Both the position numbers and the translations under genes were made by a program. Below, piece by piece: positions 52,960 to 64,000 of a stretch of 64,000 nucleotides of DNA; position 1 is the first letter of the stretch; each line of letters starts with the position of its first letter. The DNA comes from Felis catus. Taxonomy: Eukaryota. Under the pieces are notes generated by a model, which saw nothing but the letters and a program-made list of their open reading frames with translations, did not search any database and was not told the origin of the DNA. The DNA is taken from NCBI RefSeq assembly GCF_018350175.1, contig NC_058383.1:16742001-16806000 (forward strand), given 5' to 3'.

Positions 52960-55300
52960 GGACATCCACCAATTCTAATGGAAGTGGTTCTCCAAGGCCA
53001 GCATTCTCCTCTTAGACACCGAGGCAGTAGGTCTGACCTGGAGAAAATTGTCAAGGTACATAACCCAGCATTTGTGTCTAAGCAAGCAGTGGACACGTAA
53101 TGAGGGGCACTCTTGGTAAGGATGCTCCTTACTGTGTTTAACACAGAGGCAGGACTGCTAAGAGTAGATTCTGGACAAACAGCTCTAAAGACAGTCTTTC
53201 AGGCAGTGATGCTGGTTCCTCAGCTTTACATCTGGGGGCTGTGATGCGGCAAGCCACTGGGGATGTGAGTTTTGGATAATAGGATCTCCAACTCAGGGTA
53301 ATCCTTAGTATTAGGTCCCGTGGTTGCCATTGGGCATTGCTCTGGTGAGGGGGGTCCCATATGTTCAGGCCCAAGCGTACCCAAATTGCAGTGTGATGCT
53401 CGGGGCCCCACTTTGTATTGTAGTGCTGAGCACTCCAAAGGTAGAACTCAGATGTGGGGCAGCCTCTCCTCCTTAAACCTATTGGTGCTGCAGAAACCAT
53501 CAGCCTGAAGCAGGCCTGGCTTATGTTGCCACTGCCAATTTGCAGCCCAGCACTGGTCACAGTCTTGTGCATGGAGGCAATACAGGCCATACAGGGGCTA
53601 TGCCACAAAGGAATACAGCTAGGGTGACAGCAAAGCCTATGTGCTGGCATGTGTGCCAAAGGGAAAAGTAATAGGTGATGAACCCCCAAAACCTGCCTGT
53701 GTCATTCTGCCCAAGAATAGTTGGCTTGGCCTTATACTTGGAAGTCAGCAAGGGCCAGCTTGGTGTAATGGGCTCAGGACAGAGAGTGTGAAGAAATTCT
53801 TGGAAGGAGCTACGTCAGGGAGGAGAGGGGTACAGTTGAGCCTGGTGTCCTTGTACACAAAGGATGCAGTCAGGCTGCCCCTGCAGCAGATACCACGGTG
53901 GGCGTTGACCCTGGCAGGTTTGCATTTTCCTGCATCTCTCCTGCTGTGCATCTCTCCTGCAGCTCCTGCTGTTGCTGGAGGGACAGCTGGAATGGGAGTG
54001 GCCCTGCTGCAGGCAGGAGGAAACACTGGAAAGCTGCTTAGCCCCACATTCCAGATGGGCATAATCTCACCCCACAGTGTACTATTGATGGTTTGGAGCA
54101 CTACCTCCTCCTCTGTCAGTCTTGAGCGGTGCCTGGAAACCCTCTTGTAGGGTCCTCTTGTCCCCAGGGGTCACATTCTTCTTGGCTCACTGTAATCCCA
54201 GAAGTTTTTTTTTTATGGCCTGAAACTGTCAGGTGCAGGAGAGGAGTTCCTCCAGGATTGTTTCTTACACAATTTTCCATAGGTATCCTTTTCACCTGGT
54301 TCTTCTTCTGGGCCACAACTGAAGCTGCTGCTGGGTAACATGCACACTCTTGGTCCACTTACTTTGAGGTCCTCTGAGGAATCTGGAGCATCTGGGGGGA
54401 CATGGTCAGACTGCCTTCTTGTGAAGCTTCAGGAAACATCAGATGAAGCTGTATGAGATTGTGTGATGTGTTGTTTGGGGAAGTTCTTACAATAGGTCTA
54501 GGGTTTATTTTGGAGCATGCCTTTTGAGGTCTTGTGGTGGAAGTTTCCCTGCAGGACCCATGGCTGGAATGAATGATGAGAACCTTCCATTGACTTCCCA
54601 GGGATGAATGAAAGCTACATTCCAGTGCCACTGGGGCCTTGTTCCTGATTGTCCAACCTCTGAAACTGTTGGACCCTTGTCCTGCTTGGCTGTACTTTTC
54701 CCACTCTCTCTGAGAGCCCACAACGTGCCCTGCTCTGTGATCCTGGCACACATGAGCGTTGTGGGCAATGTGGTGGTGATCTATGCTCCTGTCTCACACA
54801 AAAGTGACTTTACATGCACTGCAGGACATGAGTGTGTGGGGAACAGTGTGTATTTCCCCTGATGGACTTGCCTACAGACTGAGGCAAAATCTACAGAACC
54901 TCAAACTCATATTGGGAAGTGGTACCTGAGGTGACCACATATCTCCCATAGGGTTAATGGAGGCTCGGGGGACCCAAGGACATGGGTATCTCCCAATCAG
55001 TCCCCTCCCTCTTGATACTGGGTATACTAAGTGTCCCCAGGGATGCATAGCTGGGCGACTTGAGCTGTCCTGCTTACATGAGCCTCAGGGATTGTGTCAG
55101 GTTCACTCATTTCCTGGATGTGTGAAGTGGGAGATCAAACACTCCCCAGTGTCTCATCCCAACTAGTGATGTTCTGGGGAAGCTCTCGGATAACTTGAGC
55201 AGGGCGGGAGGGGAGGACTAGGTTCCACAGAGTGAGAGGATCAACAAGTCCTGGAGTACTCTTCTCAGAGAACACAGTGCATATGCCTTCTAGATTTCCA
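52960..55300 (-). pseudogene. POM121-like intronless (retro)pseudogene
   Basis: Ordered, frameshifted motifs resembling recalled POM121: SVCRQVHQGKYTLFPTHS ~ TVCWNGYHKKAVLSPRNS; GTLWALRESGK ~ ETVLSALKEKEK; EVNGRFSSFIP ~ VANGVPASFVP; QIPQRTSK ~ QTPERPAK; PGEKDT ~ QGEKAADT; GITVSQEECD ~ GYSITAEDLD; then a P/T/A/S/G-rich tail. No introns between the motifs. Boundaries approximate. Confidence 0.65.
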
Positions 55301-57870
55301 CCCCCAGGAGCCCTTACTGGCACCCATGGCCCTCTATCCAGGTTCAGCAGTTGCTGTTAGAGTAGCCCAGCCACTTCAGAGCCTTGTATAGATTGGGTTT
55401 GGTTTCCTTATCGGATATGCTCAGTTCATCCTTCAGTGCCTACAGGGATTATGACCTTATCCTTGTCTCCTCTTTGTGATCACAATCCCAGGCATCATCC
55501 CAGATTTTTGGCTGGTTTTCCTGAAGTTCCATGTAAGCTATGGCAGAAATGAACATGTGCCCATATTTGCCTTACCCTTTTCATGACAAACTCACCACAT
55601 CTGCATTTGCTCCCCTTGTGACAGCTAATCTGCTTCCCCTGCTTTTCATCTTAAATCTAGCAATGGGAAGTGTCTTAGGAGCTGAAAGGAAGAGCAGAAT
55701 CCATCATGACCAGATCCATCCATGCAGGAAACACATAGTGAGGGCACCCAGGTAGATCACTACTTCCCAAGGCACCTCCAGCCCTGTGGGGTAAGCCCTA
55801 CTGACACCCAGCCCTGCTCCCTGCTGAGCCATTTGGGGGCATTTCTCCAGACTTCTTGCTATAGTACCAGGTTGAAGGGCCAGGGAAACACTAAGAAAGG
55901 GGCTGAGAGGGGCTGAATATTTCACAGAAGCTGCAGATGCAAGACCTCAGTGCCTATATGACATCAGGTCTTTTAGGGTGTGTATCATAAAAGGAGATAA
56001 TGGGGAAGAACTACAAAAGGATTTTTATGAACAGAAGAGAGAGGATGTGCAAGACAACATTTTTGGTGTCCTGTACAAATGAAGAGGACTCTAAGGATGG
56101 TGAGGATTCAGATGGAAGGACCAACGTGGCACCTGAATCATCTCCATTCTGTCTTGCATTTCTCAATAATTTCTGAGGTTCTACTCAGTCTCAAGTAAGC
56201 ATAGATTTCTGGGATCCCAGGTGCTTCTAGGGGCCCAAAGATGACTTGATTAACTCAGGATATTTTGTAAATTGTGTGTCTGAAGATGAAACTGTCCAAT
56301 ACTGTCAGATATGGGCTGACAGGAACATGGCCCACACCAAGCTCTAGGTCACCACAGACTGGAGACAAACTCCTCTGATTGTGCTGCCTGGGCTGAAAAA
56401 AGCCAGCACCATGTGACAACTCCAACAATTGATGCCCCATGGCACTGTCACTTAGAGAATTTCTGCCCTATCGCCTGTAAGATATTCTGAGATTTTTGAT
56501 CTTTATTTGGCTCACATTCTTGTTTGGGACATTAAATCACAATAGTATGACGTTTTGGGGTTCTTTGGATGTTTACCGTGCACAGATTTATTTATCAAAA
56601 TGATTCTGTTGTGTCCAATTATACTGAAGAAGTATTAATCGGGAATCCTGTAGTAAATATCCGATATACCTGAAATAGGATCGCTTGGTGAATATTTAAC
56701 AACAAAAATAATTCCTGAATATGTGAGCAGAGCATCTGGAATCCCTAGTGGAGAATGAAAACCATGACCTAGTAATAGTGAGGACCAGTGATGTGTGTAC
56801 AGGAGGGGACAGCAGTAAGGTGCAAATGAAGGAGGACAACTGGGTATTCCTCCAGGATAAGGTGACCCCCACAGAGAGGACACTTGAGGAATCACTGATC
56901 CCAACACAGTCTTTCCTCTGTAGATACAGGAAAAGCATTCAGAAGCTGTTGACTTGCTTCTAGTGTCAGTTGTATGATTTAATTACAGCTTGTGATGCTT
57001 TGGCCATGAGGGGTTGGCATGTACCTGAGAAGACCCTGAGCTTGCTGCAATGGGCCTGGAAGCAGTGACCTTCACCCATGTGTGATTCTCCTGCACTGTG
57101 ACCCCTGTAGCCCCATGGAGAACCTGGATGGATGGTCTCCCTCAGTCCACGGGGATCTCAAGACATGTCTTATTTCGCCCTCTAACTAGAACTATCACCA
57201 GCCCAGAGTGATGTGGGGACTGGACATGGGGAATGGCAGTGCCATATGTGCATGAATGACTATTCCCATTAATGAAGGGGAAGAATGGGCAGGACTCTCC
57301 AGTCCCATGGTGATCCTCAGGAGGCTGTGATGTCATGTTTTTACATGGTTCTGTGTTAATTTAATACATACAATCCATGTGAGAAGACTGCCTGCTACCC
57401 AAGTGCAGCTCAGAGAGGTATCCCTGGCCTCACCTGCAGGAGGTTTTGCCAACCCACTTTCACTCCATGTGGGATTCCAGAACTATCCCCTGCTCCCTCT
57501 CTAGAGGCAGGAGCATCAGTAGCAGAAGAAAACCTAACACTATTAAGGCCCCTAACCAGGTGACCAAATATCAGAGACCCTGAGTGGGGATGAGGCTCTT
57601 CATTTGAGAAGACGTTCTGAGGGGTGTCCTGAGAGGAGTGAGGAGGTAGAAATCACACAAAGTGGAATGCCCAAGGTGGATGATAGATGAAAGGTTGTTC
57701 AGCAGAGAGGGGCTTCTCTGAGATGAATGGTCTGAGCTGTAACTGGATTTAATCTTCCTGCAGGTTCTCTGTGCCCGTGCAGCTTATTTATACCCTCAGT
57801 CCTTCATTCCTCCTATTCTGCAGTCTCCTCATACAGCTCCTCTGTGGAGTGACAGGGGCTCTGTGTGGGG

Positions 57871-58585
57871 ACACATACAAACAGTATACACGTCACACAA
57901 TAACTACCCAAATGCACCATATTCACACCACAGATACACCACACACACAAGTATCACACATATCACACAAACACTATAAAAACATACAAACACATATTCT
58001 ACATCTATACCACACACATACCACACACATCACTCACATACACCACACAGGAACACACTACACCCAGGCCAAACATTTTATCCACATATACAACACATAC
58101 ATTACACATACACCATAAATATACCATACACACAGCATACGCAAACCAAAACACACCACACACACATTACATATACCACAGGTACACCACACATGCACAC
58201 AGGCACACAAACATCACCAAAAACAACCACACATACACTACAAATGTGACATGCACACCAAATATACCACAACAAATTCATATACACCACACACATAATA
58301 CACCATACACAAAATACACGTATGTCACATATATTGCACACACATCTCACATACACCACACATATGACATGAATATATTACTCACACAGACCACCCCCTC
58401 AACACAAAAAACACAAAACTACACACTCAACCCACATACACCATACACAATAAGCATACCACGGGTATACCATGCATACACATCACTCAAACACTTCAAA
58501 CAAACAAGTATTGTATATACCACACACAAAAGCTTACAACAAACACCAACCACACACGTACCAAACACTCACACACCACATGCAC

Positions 58586-58618
<33 letters not shown>

Positions 58619-60764
58619 CATGTATAAGCCAAAAGCTCACAACATATAACTCACACAAAACATGCATACACCACAACACTAAACATGCACCACAAACACA
58701 CCTCACAATACCAAACACCACATGCCACACAAACAACACATGTGTGACACAAACAGATTTATACCAAACATACACAATGGATAAACCACACACAGCATAC
58801 ATATACCCCACACACGTGACATATATACACCACACACACCTAACATATTCACCACAGCTTCACCACACTCACAAATGCACACAACACACTGCACATAAAT
58901 CACACCAGATCCACAGGTGCACAAGACATATATCTCACATGGAAACACCAGACACACAGCACACAACTACCATATGTATGCCATACATATATATGCCCAC
59001 ACATCAAAAAATCTACAAATACAGTACAAATTCCACAGATACACCAAAAGCATACCACACAGAGAAACTAGACACACATCATGAACACACTGTATATACA
59101 CAATACACCACGTGCTAATCACACATATGACACACAATGCACACACACTACACATCAAGCACATGCCACTTAGAAGTCACAACACCACTACACATATACC
59201 ACAAATACAAACCATACATATATCATACATGACACACAAACCAAACACACCATAAACAGCATAGGCAGCACAACACAAAAACACCACATACAGAATTCAT
59301 ATAAACCATACCTTATGTTTGTACCACATATGAACTGCACCAACAATACACATATAACACATATAGATATATGCCACACATGCTCTATAGTTATACCACA
59401 ACATTTATGCCAAACCACAAGCCAAATATATACCACACACAACATATAAAACATCATTTCACCAAACACAGATAAACATATTGCACACATCACCATACTG
59501 ATTCCACACATATACAACATATATACTTCATACATTCACACACATCATATATATGCCACACACATAAACCCCACACACACACACACAAAAGATACAGCAC
59601 ACACATTACACACATATACCATACATCAAAAACACACCACACCAACACACCCACATTACACATCCAATGACATCACTACACTGGATGAATGTATGCCACA
59701 CTCGCACATATGAAACACACATCACATACACAAACTTATACCACATACTTGCACCACACATAAGAATACAACATTCCCACATGTAATGCAAGCACAATAT
59801 GATACATGATACATACATGACAGAAACCATGCACACAAAATGCATGCCACACTGATACCACATAAACACACACTACACCTGGAAAACAAACTCACCAGAT
59901 ATGTACCATAGTCACAACTCATATACCATACATACAGCACACATGAACACACATAAACCCATATATAAAGCTGACACACCACACACTATATACCACAAAA
60001 ATACCATAACCACATACATACTACAGATATACCACATATATCATACACACAAAACACAAAAAACTAATATCACAACCACTCCAAACAAACACCACACACA
60101 CCTCACACATACCAAATACACCCCACACCACAAATAAACTGAACAAGAGATATCACACAGACACACCACACATATGTCACACAATCACCACGCATACAGA
60201 ACACTCACTCCACATGTACTGCACATGTGGAACACACACAATAACCCTACCACACATACCACACACTGCACATGTCATACATATACCTTGACACACAACA
60301 CACATCACATATGCACATATACACCACACTTTTATTTCATACATACACATTCCACACACACAACACAGAAAGATCCGTTATATCATCCACATACCACACA
60401 CACACACACACTCCGCATGGTCTGCCTTCATAGAAAACACACCACCTATATACCAAACACACCACACAAATACAACACACAGAACACATATCATGCCATC
60501 ACCACATGTAGAGCATACATATGCCACAGACACATACACACACATACACACACTTCACATACCTCAAATACAACAACACACTTACACCACACACAGATAC
60601 CACAATAATATCACACATTCACCACACAATAAACATGTGCTTCCAACTTTGACACACACACACACACCACACAATAACCACACATTTACTGACATCCACA
60701 CACATACACTATACCTGCCACACATAATGTACAGACACACCACAAGCACATCAAAACATGTCAT
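57871..60764 (+). repeat. ~2.9-kb degenerate CA-rich simple repeat (a remnant continues at 61855-61980)
   Basis: Continuous acac/cacat/acca motifs, strongly G-depleted on the + strand, no long perfect period. Confidence 0.95.
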
Positions 60765-61015
60765 ATGACTTCACTCATATGAGAACTTTAAGAGACAAAA
60801 CAGATGGACATAAGGTAAGGGAAAGAAAAATAATATAAAAACAGGGAGGGGCACAAAACAGAAGGGACTCTTAAATATGGAGAACAAACAGAAGGTTAAG
60901 GGAGGGGTGGTGGGAGGGGGGATGGGCTAAATGGGTAAGGGGCATCAAGGAATCTACTCCTGAAATCATTGTTGCACTATATGCTAACTTGGAGGTGAAT
61001 TTTAAAAAATTAAAC
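60765..61015 (+). mobile_element. L1 3'UTR fragment
   Basis: tcatatgacttcactcat..ggaatctactcctgaaatcatt..ctatatgctaact matches the L1 end at 42852-43090. Confidence 0.9.
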
Positions 61016-61019
61016 AATG

Positions 61020-61470
61020 CTGTATGAAACAAATTGAACAGATTCGGTAGAAATGAGGAACTGATATTACTGGGAGATAATTCTTCATTTGTCTCTCAAG
61101 TTTCTTTACATCCTGTGAGGAAAATACTGATAGCTGTTTATTCTGGACTATCTTTTTAAGAATGTTTGTATTACTAATAGCCTTGGAAGATAGAAGGAGT
61201 TTTGCCTTGTAAAAGAAAGAAAGGCATAATTACTTCCAATATAAAAAAGGTAATATTCCCTCTGGGGAAAAGATCAAGCAAGCTATCTCTTTTAAAAGAT
61301 TCAGGTTCCCTATGCTCGTTGTTCCTTTCATATAATGTAACCAACTACATGTGCAGGCATTATCTGGGCTTCTTCTTATCACCTTGTAGGAATGCAGCTG
61401 TGAGGAAATGTACAATTTGATACTCTGGCTACTGCTTACTCTTAGTAATAAAGTCTTTTGTCTTTGGGGG
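61020..61470 (+). mobile_element. Possible degenerate LTR
   Basis: Starts with tgta, has tgtaaccaa, and a late aataaagtcttttgtct typical of an LTR R region. Termini and TSD not established. Confidence 0.35.
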
Positions 61471-62087
61471 GAAAAAAAGACAAACCATCATCTTGGTGCC
61501 AACCAGTGGCCGTTTACTTCAGGCATCATACCTGTTTATCTTAACTTTTCTAAGGACTAAGATAAATGGGGCATGCCACCTCAGAGTTAACAAGGCATTT
61601 TTCTCACTAGCTATCCTGGGGCACTTTCCCCTGCAGTGGCTTTCCACCCTCTGCTAGTCTTAATGACTAGCCCTGGACACGTTTGCACTGTGGTGGCTTG
61701 CCACCTCTACCTGTTCTTAGATGCTTTCTTCCTGTGGAAGTGGCTTTAAATTCTATGCTTTGTTCCACCCTGGGCACTCTCATCCTGTGGCAGCTTTCTG
61801 CCCTAAGCCTTATTAGCCTGTTGGTGCAAAATCACAGAATTCTTGAACTTATCCCCCACAATACACCACACATAAATACATACAAAACAGACAAATGCAC
61901 TTAACTGCAACCACTCTAAAGGTATGCCACACACACCACACATGTACCCACCGACACACACCACAGACACCACACACACCTTTTGGTTAAGTGCCTGAAA
62001 CTACACCATTCAAGTGTCTTTCATATAGCCTTTCACATACATCTCATAGGAAGTTTGTTGAAACCTTATTTCTTAGTATTTGTTGTG

Positions 62088-63405
62088 AGAGCTAGTATGG
62101 CAGCAGTGTAGTTTTATCCCTTGAACATAGCTAGATAACTAGAAAATCATTCTAACTACCCCAGAAATCAACCTGAAGACTGACAGAATGAAGTCCACAA
62201 CTACAGGGAGAGAATAAGCCATATCAGAGAAGGTAGGAAAGGCAGAGAGGTGATTTGGGAAAGAAACAGATCAGGGGAGCTACAGAGGAGAGGGAACGTT
62301 CATTGGGGAAAAGGGTGAGAGGGAGAGGAGTACACAGGGGAACACACCAGATGAACATTTCCCTAAAGACACATGGAAAGATGTTCAACATTACTCATCA
62401 TCAGGGAACTACAAAAAAAAAAAAAAAAAAAAAAAAACAAACTACAATGTAATATCTCCTCGTACCTGTCAGTAGGGCTAAAGTTAACAACACAAGAAAC
62501 AATAGGTACGGGTAAGGATTTGAAGAAAGGGAAGCCCTCTTACACTGTTGGTGGGAATGCATACCGGTGCAGCCACTCTGGAAAACAGTATAAAGTTTCC
62601 TCCAATGTTAAAAATAGGACTACTCTGGGAAACTTGGGTAGCTCAGTTACACATCTGACTCTCGATATCTGCTCAAGTTAGGATGTCACAGTCATGGGAC
62701 TGAGCCTTAATTGGGCACTTCACTGACAGTATGGAGCTTGCTTGGGATTATCTCTTCATCTCTCTCTGCCTTACCATCACCTCTGTCTCAAATAAATTAA
62801 TTTTTAAAATTACCCCTTAAAAAGCAAAACTACCCTATGATCCAGCAATTGCACTCCTTTGTATTTTCCCAAAAGATACAAAAATACAAATTCCAGTGGA
62901 TATAAGCACCCCAATATTTTAGCACCATTGTGAATAATAGCCAATTATGGAAAGGGCTCCAATGTCCATTGACTGATGAATGGATAAAGATGTGGTATTT
63001 ATATACAATGGAATATTACTCAGCCGTGAAACAGAATGAAATCTTGTCCTTAGCAACGAAGTCAATATAGCTAAAGAGTATTATGCTGAGCGAAATAAGT
63101 CAGCAAGAGGAAGATTTCCACTGTATGATTTCACTCATATGTGGAATGTAAGAAGCAAAACAAATAAATGATCATGGGGAAAAAAGAGAGCAGCAAACCA
63201 AGAAACATACTCTTAACTATATAGAGCAAACTGAGGGAATCAGGGGAGATGGGTGGGGATTGGGTTTTATAAAGATGGAATTAAGGTGTGCACTTTGTGA
63301 TGTGCACTGGGCATTGCATGGAAGGGTGGAATTACTCAATTCTACACCTGAAACTAATATTACACTGTATGTTAACTAGCTGGAATTTAAATAAAATCTT
63401 TAGAA
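62088..63405 (+). mobile_element. Old carnivore L1 with a large internal deletion (5'UTR piece joined to ORF2 end/3'UTR) and a nested SINE at ~62627-62815
   Basis: 62088-62370 is 5'UTR-like (aatcattct..ccccagaaatcaacctgaagactg). From 62370: acatggaaagatgttcaacatt..tgcagccactctggaaaac..3' terminus ttaactagctggaatttaaataaaa. Confidence 0.75.
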
Positions 63406-63937
63406 AACATACTCCATATTAAGCATAGGGAAAGCCCCCATGATGAAGTGCCTAAGGCATAACTGTGCTTCAAGTGTCATTCTTGTCCCTCATAGACATA
63501 TCAAGTAACGTTTTTCCCACAGCCTCTGTGTGTAAACAGTTGTAATTTATTACTGAAAAGTATCCTTTGTTCCAAGAGGGTTTTAGAAAACTACGTGGGG
63601 ATAAGTAATCAGAAGTATTCTTAAACCTTTGTGTAGAAGCACTAGTAAATGGCCTAGCTTTAGGTGCCTAAAAGCACAGACTGATAATGCATTATTCATG
63701 TAGCTTTCAGTGTAGATCTAGTAGTAACATTTGTTTACTCTATATTGGCATGAGGGATTGTCAATGTTCTTAACTCCCAGAAAAACACTTTTCTTAAAGG
63801 CATTTGTGAATTAGCTTCTCCAAAACTTCAAGTAAAAAGTATGCTTACTTCCAATTGTATAATGCCCATATACTGAACTGCCAGAAATAGCTGTATTCTA
63901 GATGAGGATTTAAAGTTCCTTTTAAATACATATAATT
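63406..63937 (-). repeat. Inverted paralogue of the ~110-bp satellite-like block at 24825-25360
   Basis: tgcttcaagtgtcattcttgtccctcatagacatat is the reverse complement (with few mismatches) of atatgtctatgagggacaagagtgtcacttgaagca at ~25262. Confidence 0.88.
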
Positions 63938-64000
63938 AGGAGGAGCCAAGATGGCGGAACAGCATGGAAGTTTTTTGTCTGTCTTGTGTCCATGAAATAC
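63938..64000 (+). mobile_element. 5' start of another L1 (runs off the window)
   Basis: aggaggagccaagatggcggaacagcatggaag is a typical L1 5' terminus. Confidence 0.8.

Noticed and set aside
52000..56000. PRAME or ZNF280 (known residents of the human IGL locus)
   Set aside because: No LRR-like PRAME or C2H2 motifs seen. The motifs fit POM121 better.
58246..59118. 290-aa His/Thr-rich ORF (and neighbouring Cys/Val-rich reverse ORFs)
   Set aside because: Artefact of CA-rich low-complexity DNA, which rarely forms stop codons.
62413..62440. Long A-run inside the L1
   Set aside because: Simple expansion of an A-rich L1 site (caaatcaaaac), not a separate element.

Overview
Eukaryotic (carnivore, most likely felid) genomic DNA. 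No intact protein-coding gene was found: the listed ORFs are L1/SINE/ERV remnants or low-complexity artefacts. The window looks like a degenerate part of the immunoglobulin lambda (IGL) V cluster. It holds nine IGLV pseudogenes or relics with ~23-bp-spacer RSSs, four on the minus strand (27.9-34.6 kb) and five on the plus strand (38.2-51.5 kb), plus an intronless POM121-like pseudogene (~53-55 kb, minus). Transposable elements include many Can-SINEs, L1s (one full length), a solo gammaretrovirus-like LTR with a 49-bp VNTR, MLT1/MLT2 and MER20. The notable structures are: (i) a TSD-bounded chimeric insertion [inverted L1 + ERVL pol + SINE] that looks like a 3' transduction with twin-priming inversion; (ii) a second L1 carrying ~1.15 kb of 3'-transduced unique DNA; (iii) an old ~1-kb tandem array that I do not recognise, arranged as two inverted arms; (iv) a (CAG)13 expansion born from the WYQQ motif of an IGLV6-like pseudogene; (v) an inverted duplication linking ~25 kb and ~63.5 kb. 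All family assignments come from recalled consensus sequences compared by eye, not from database searches. I found no convincing new functional gene system.
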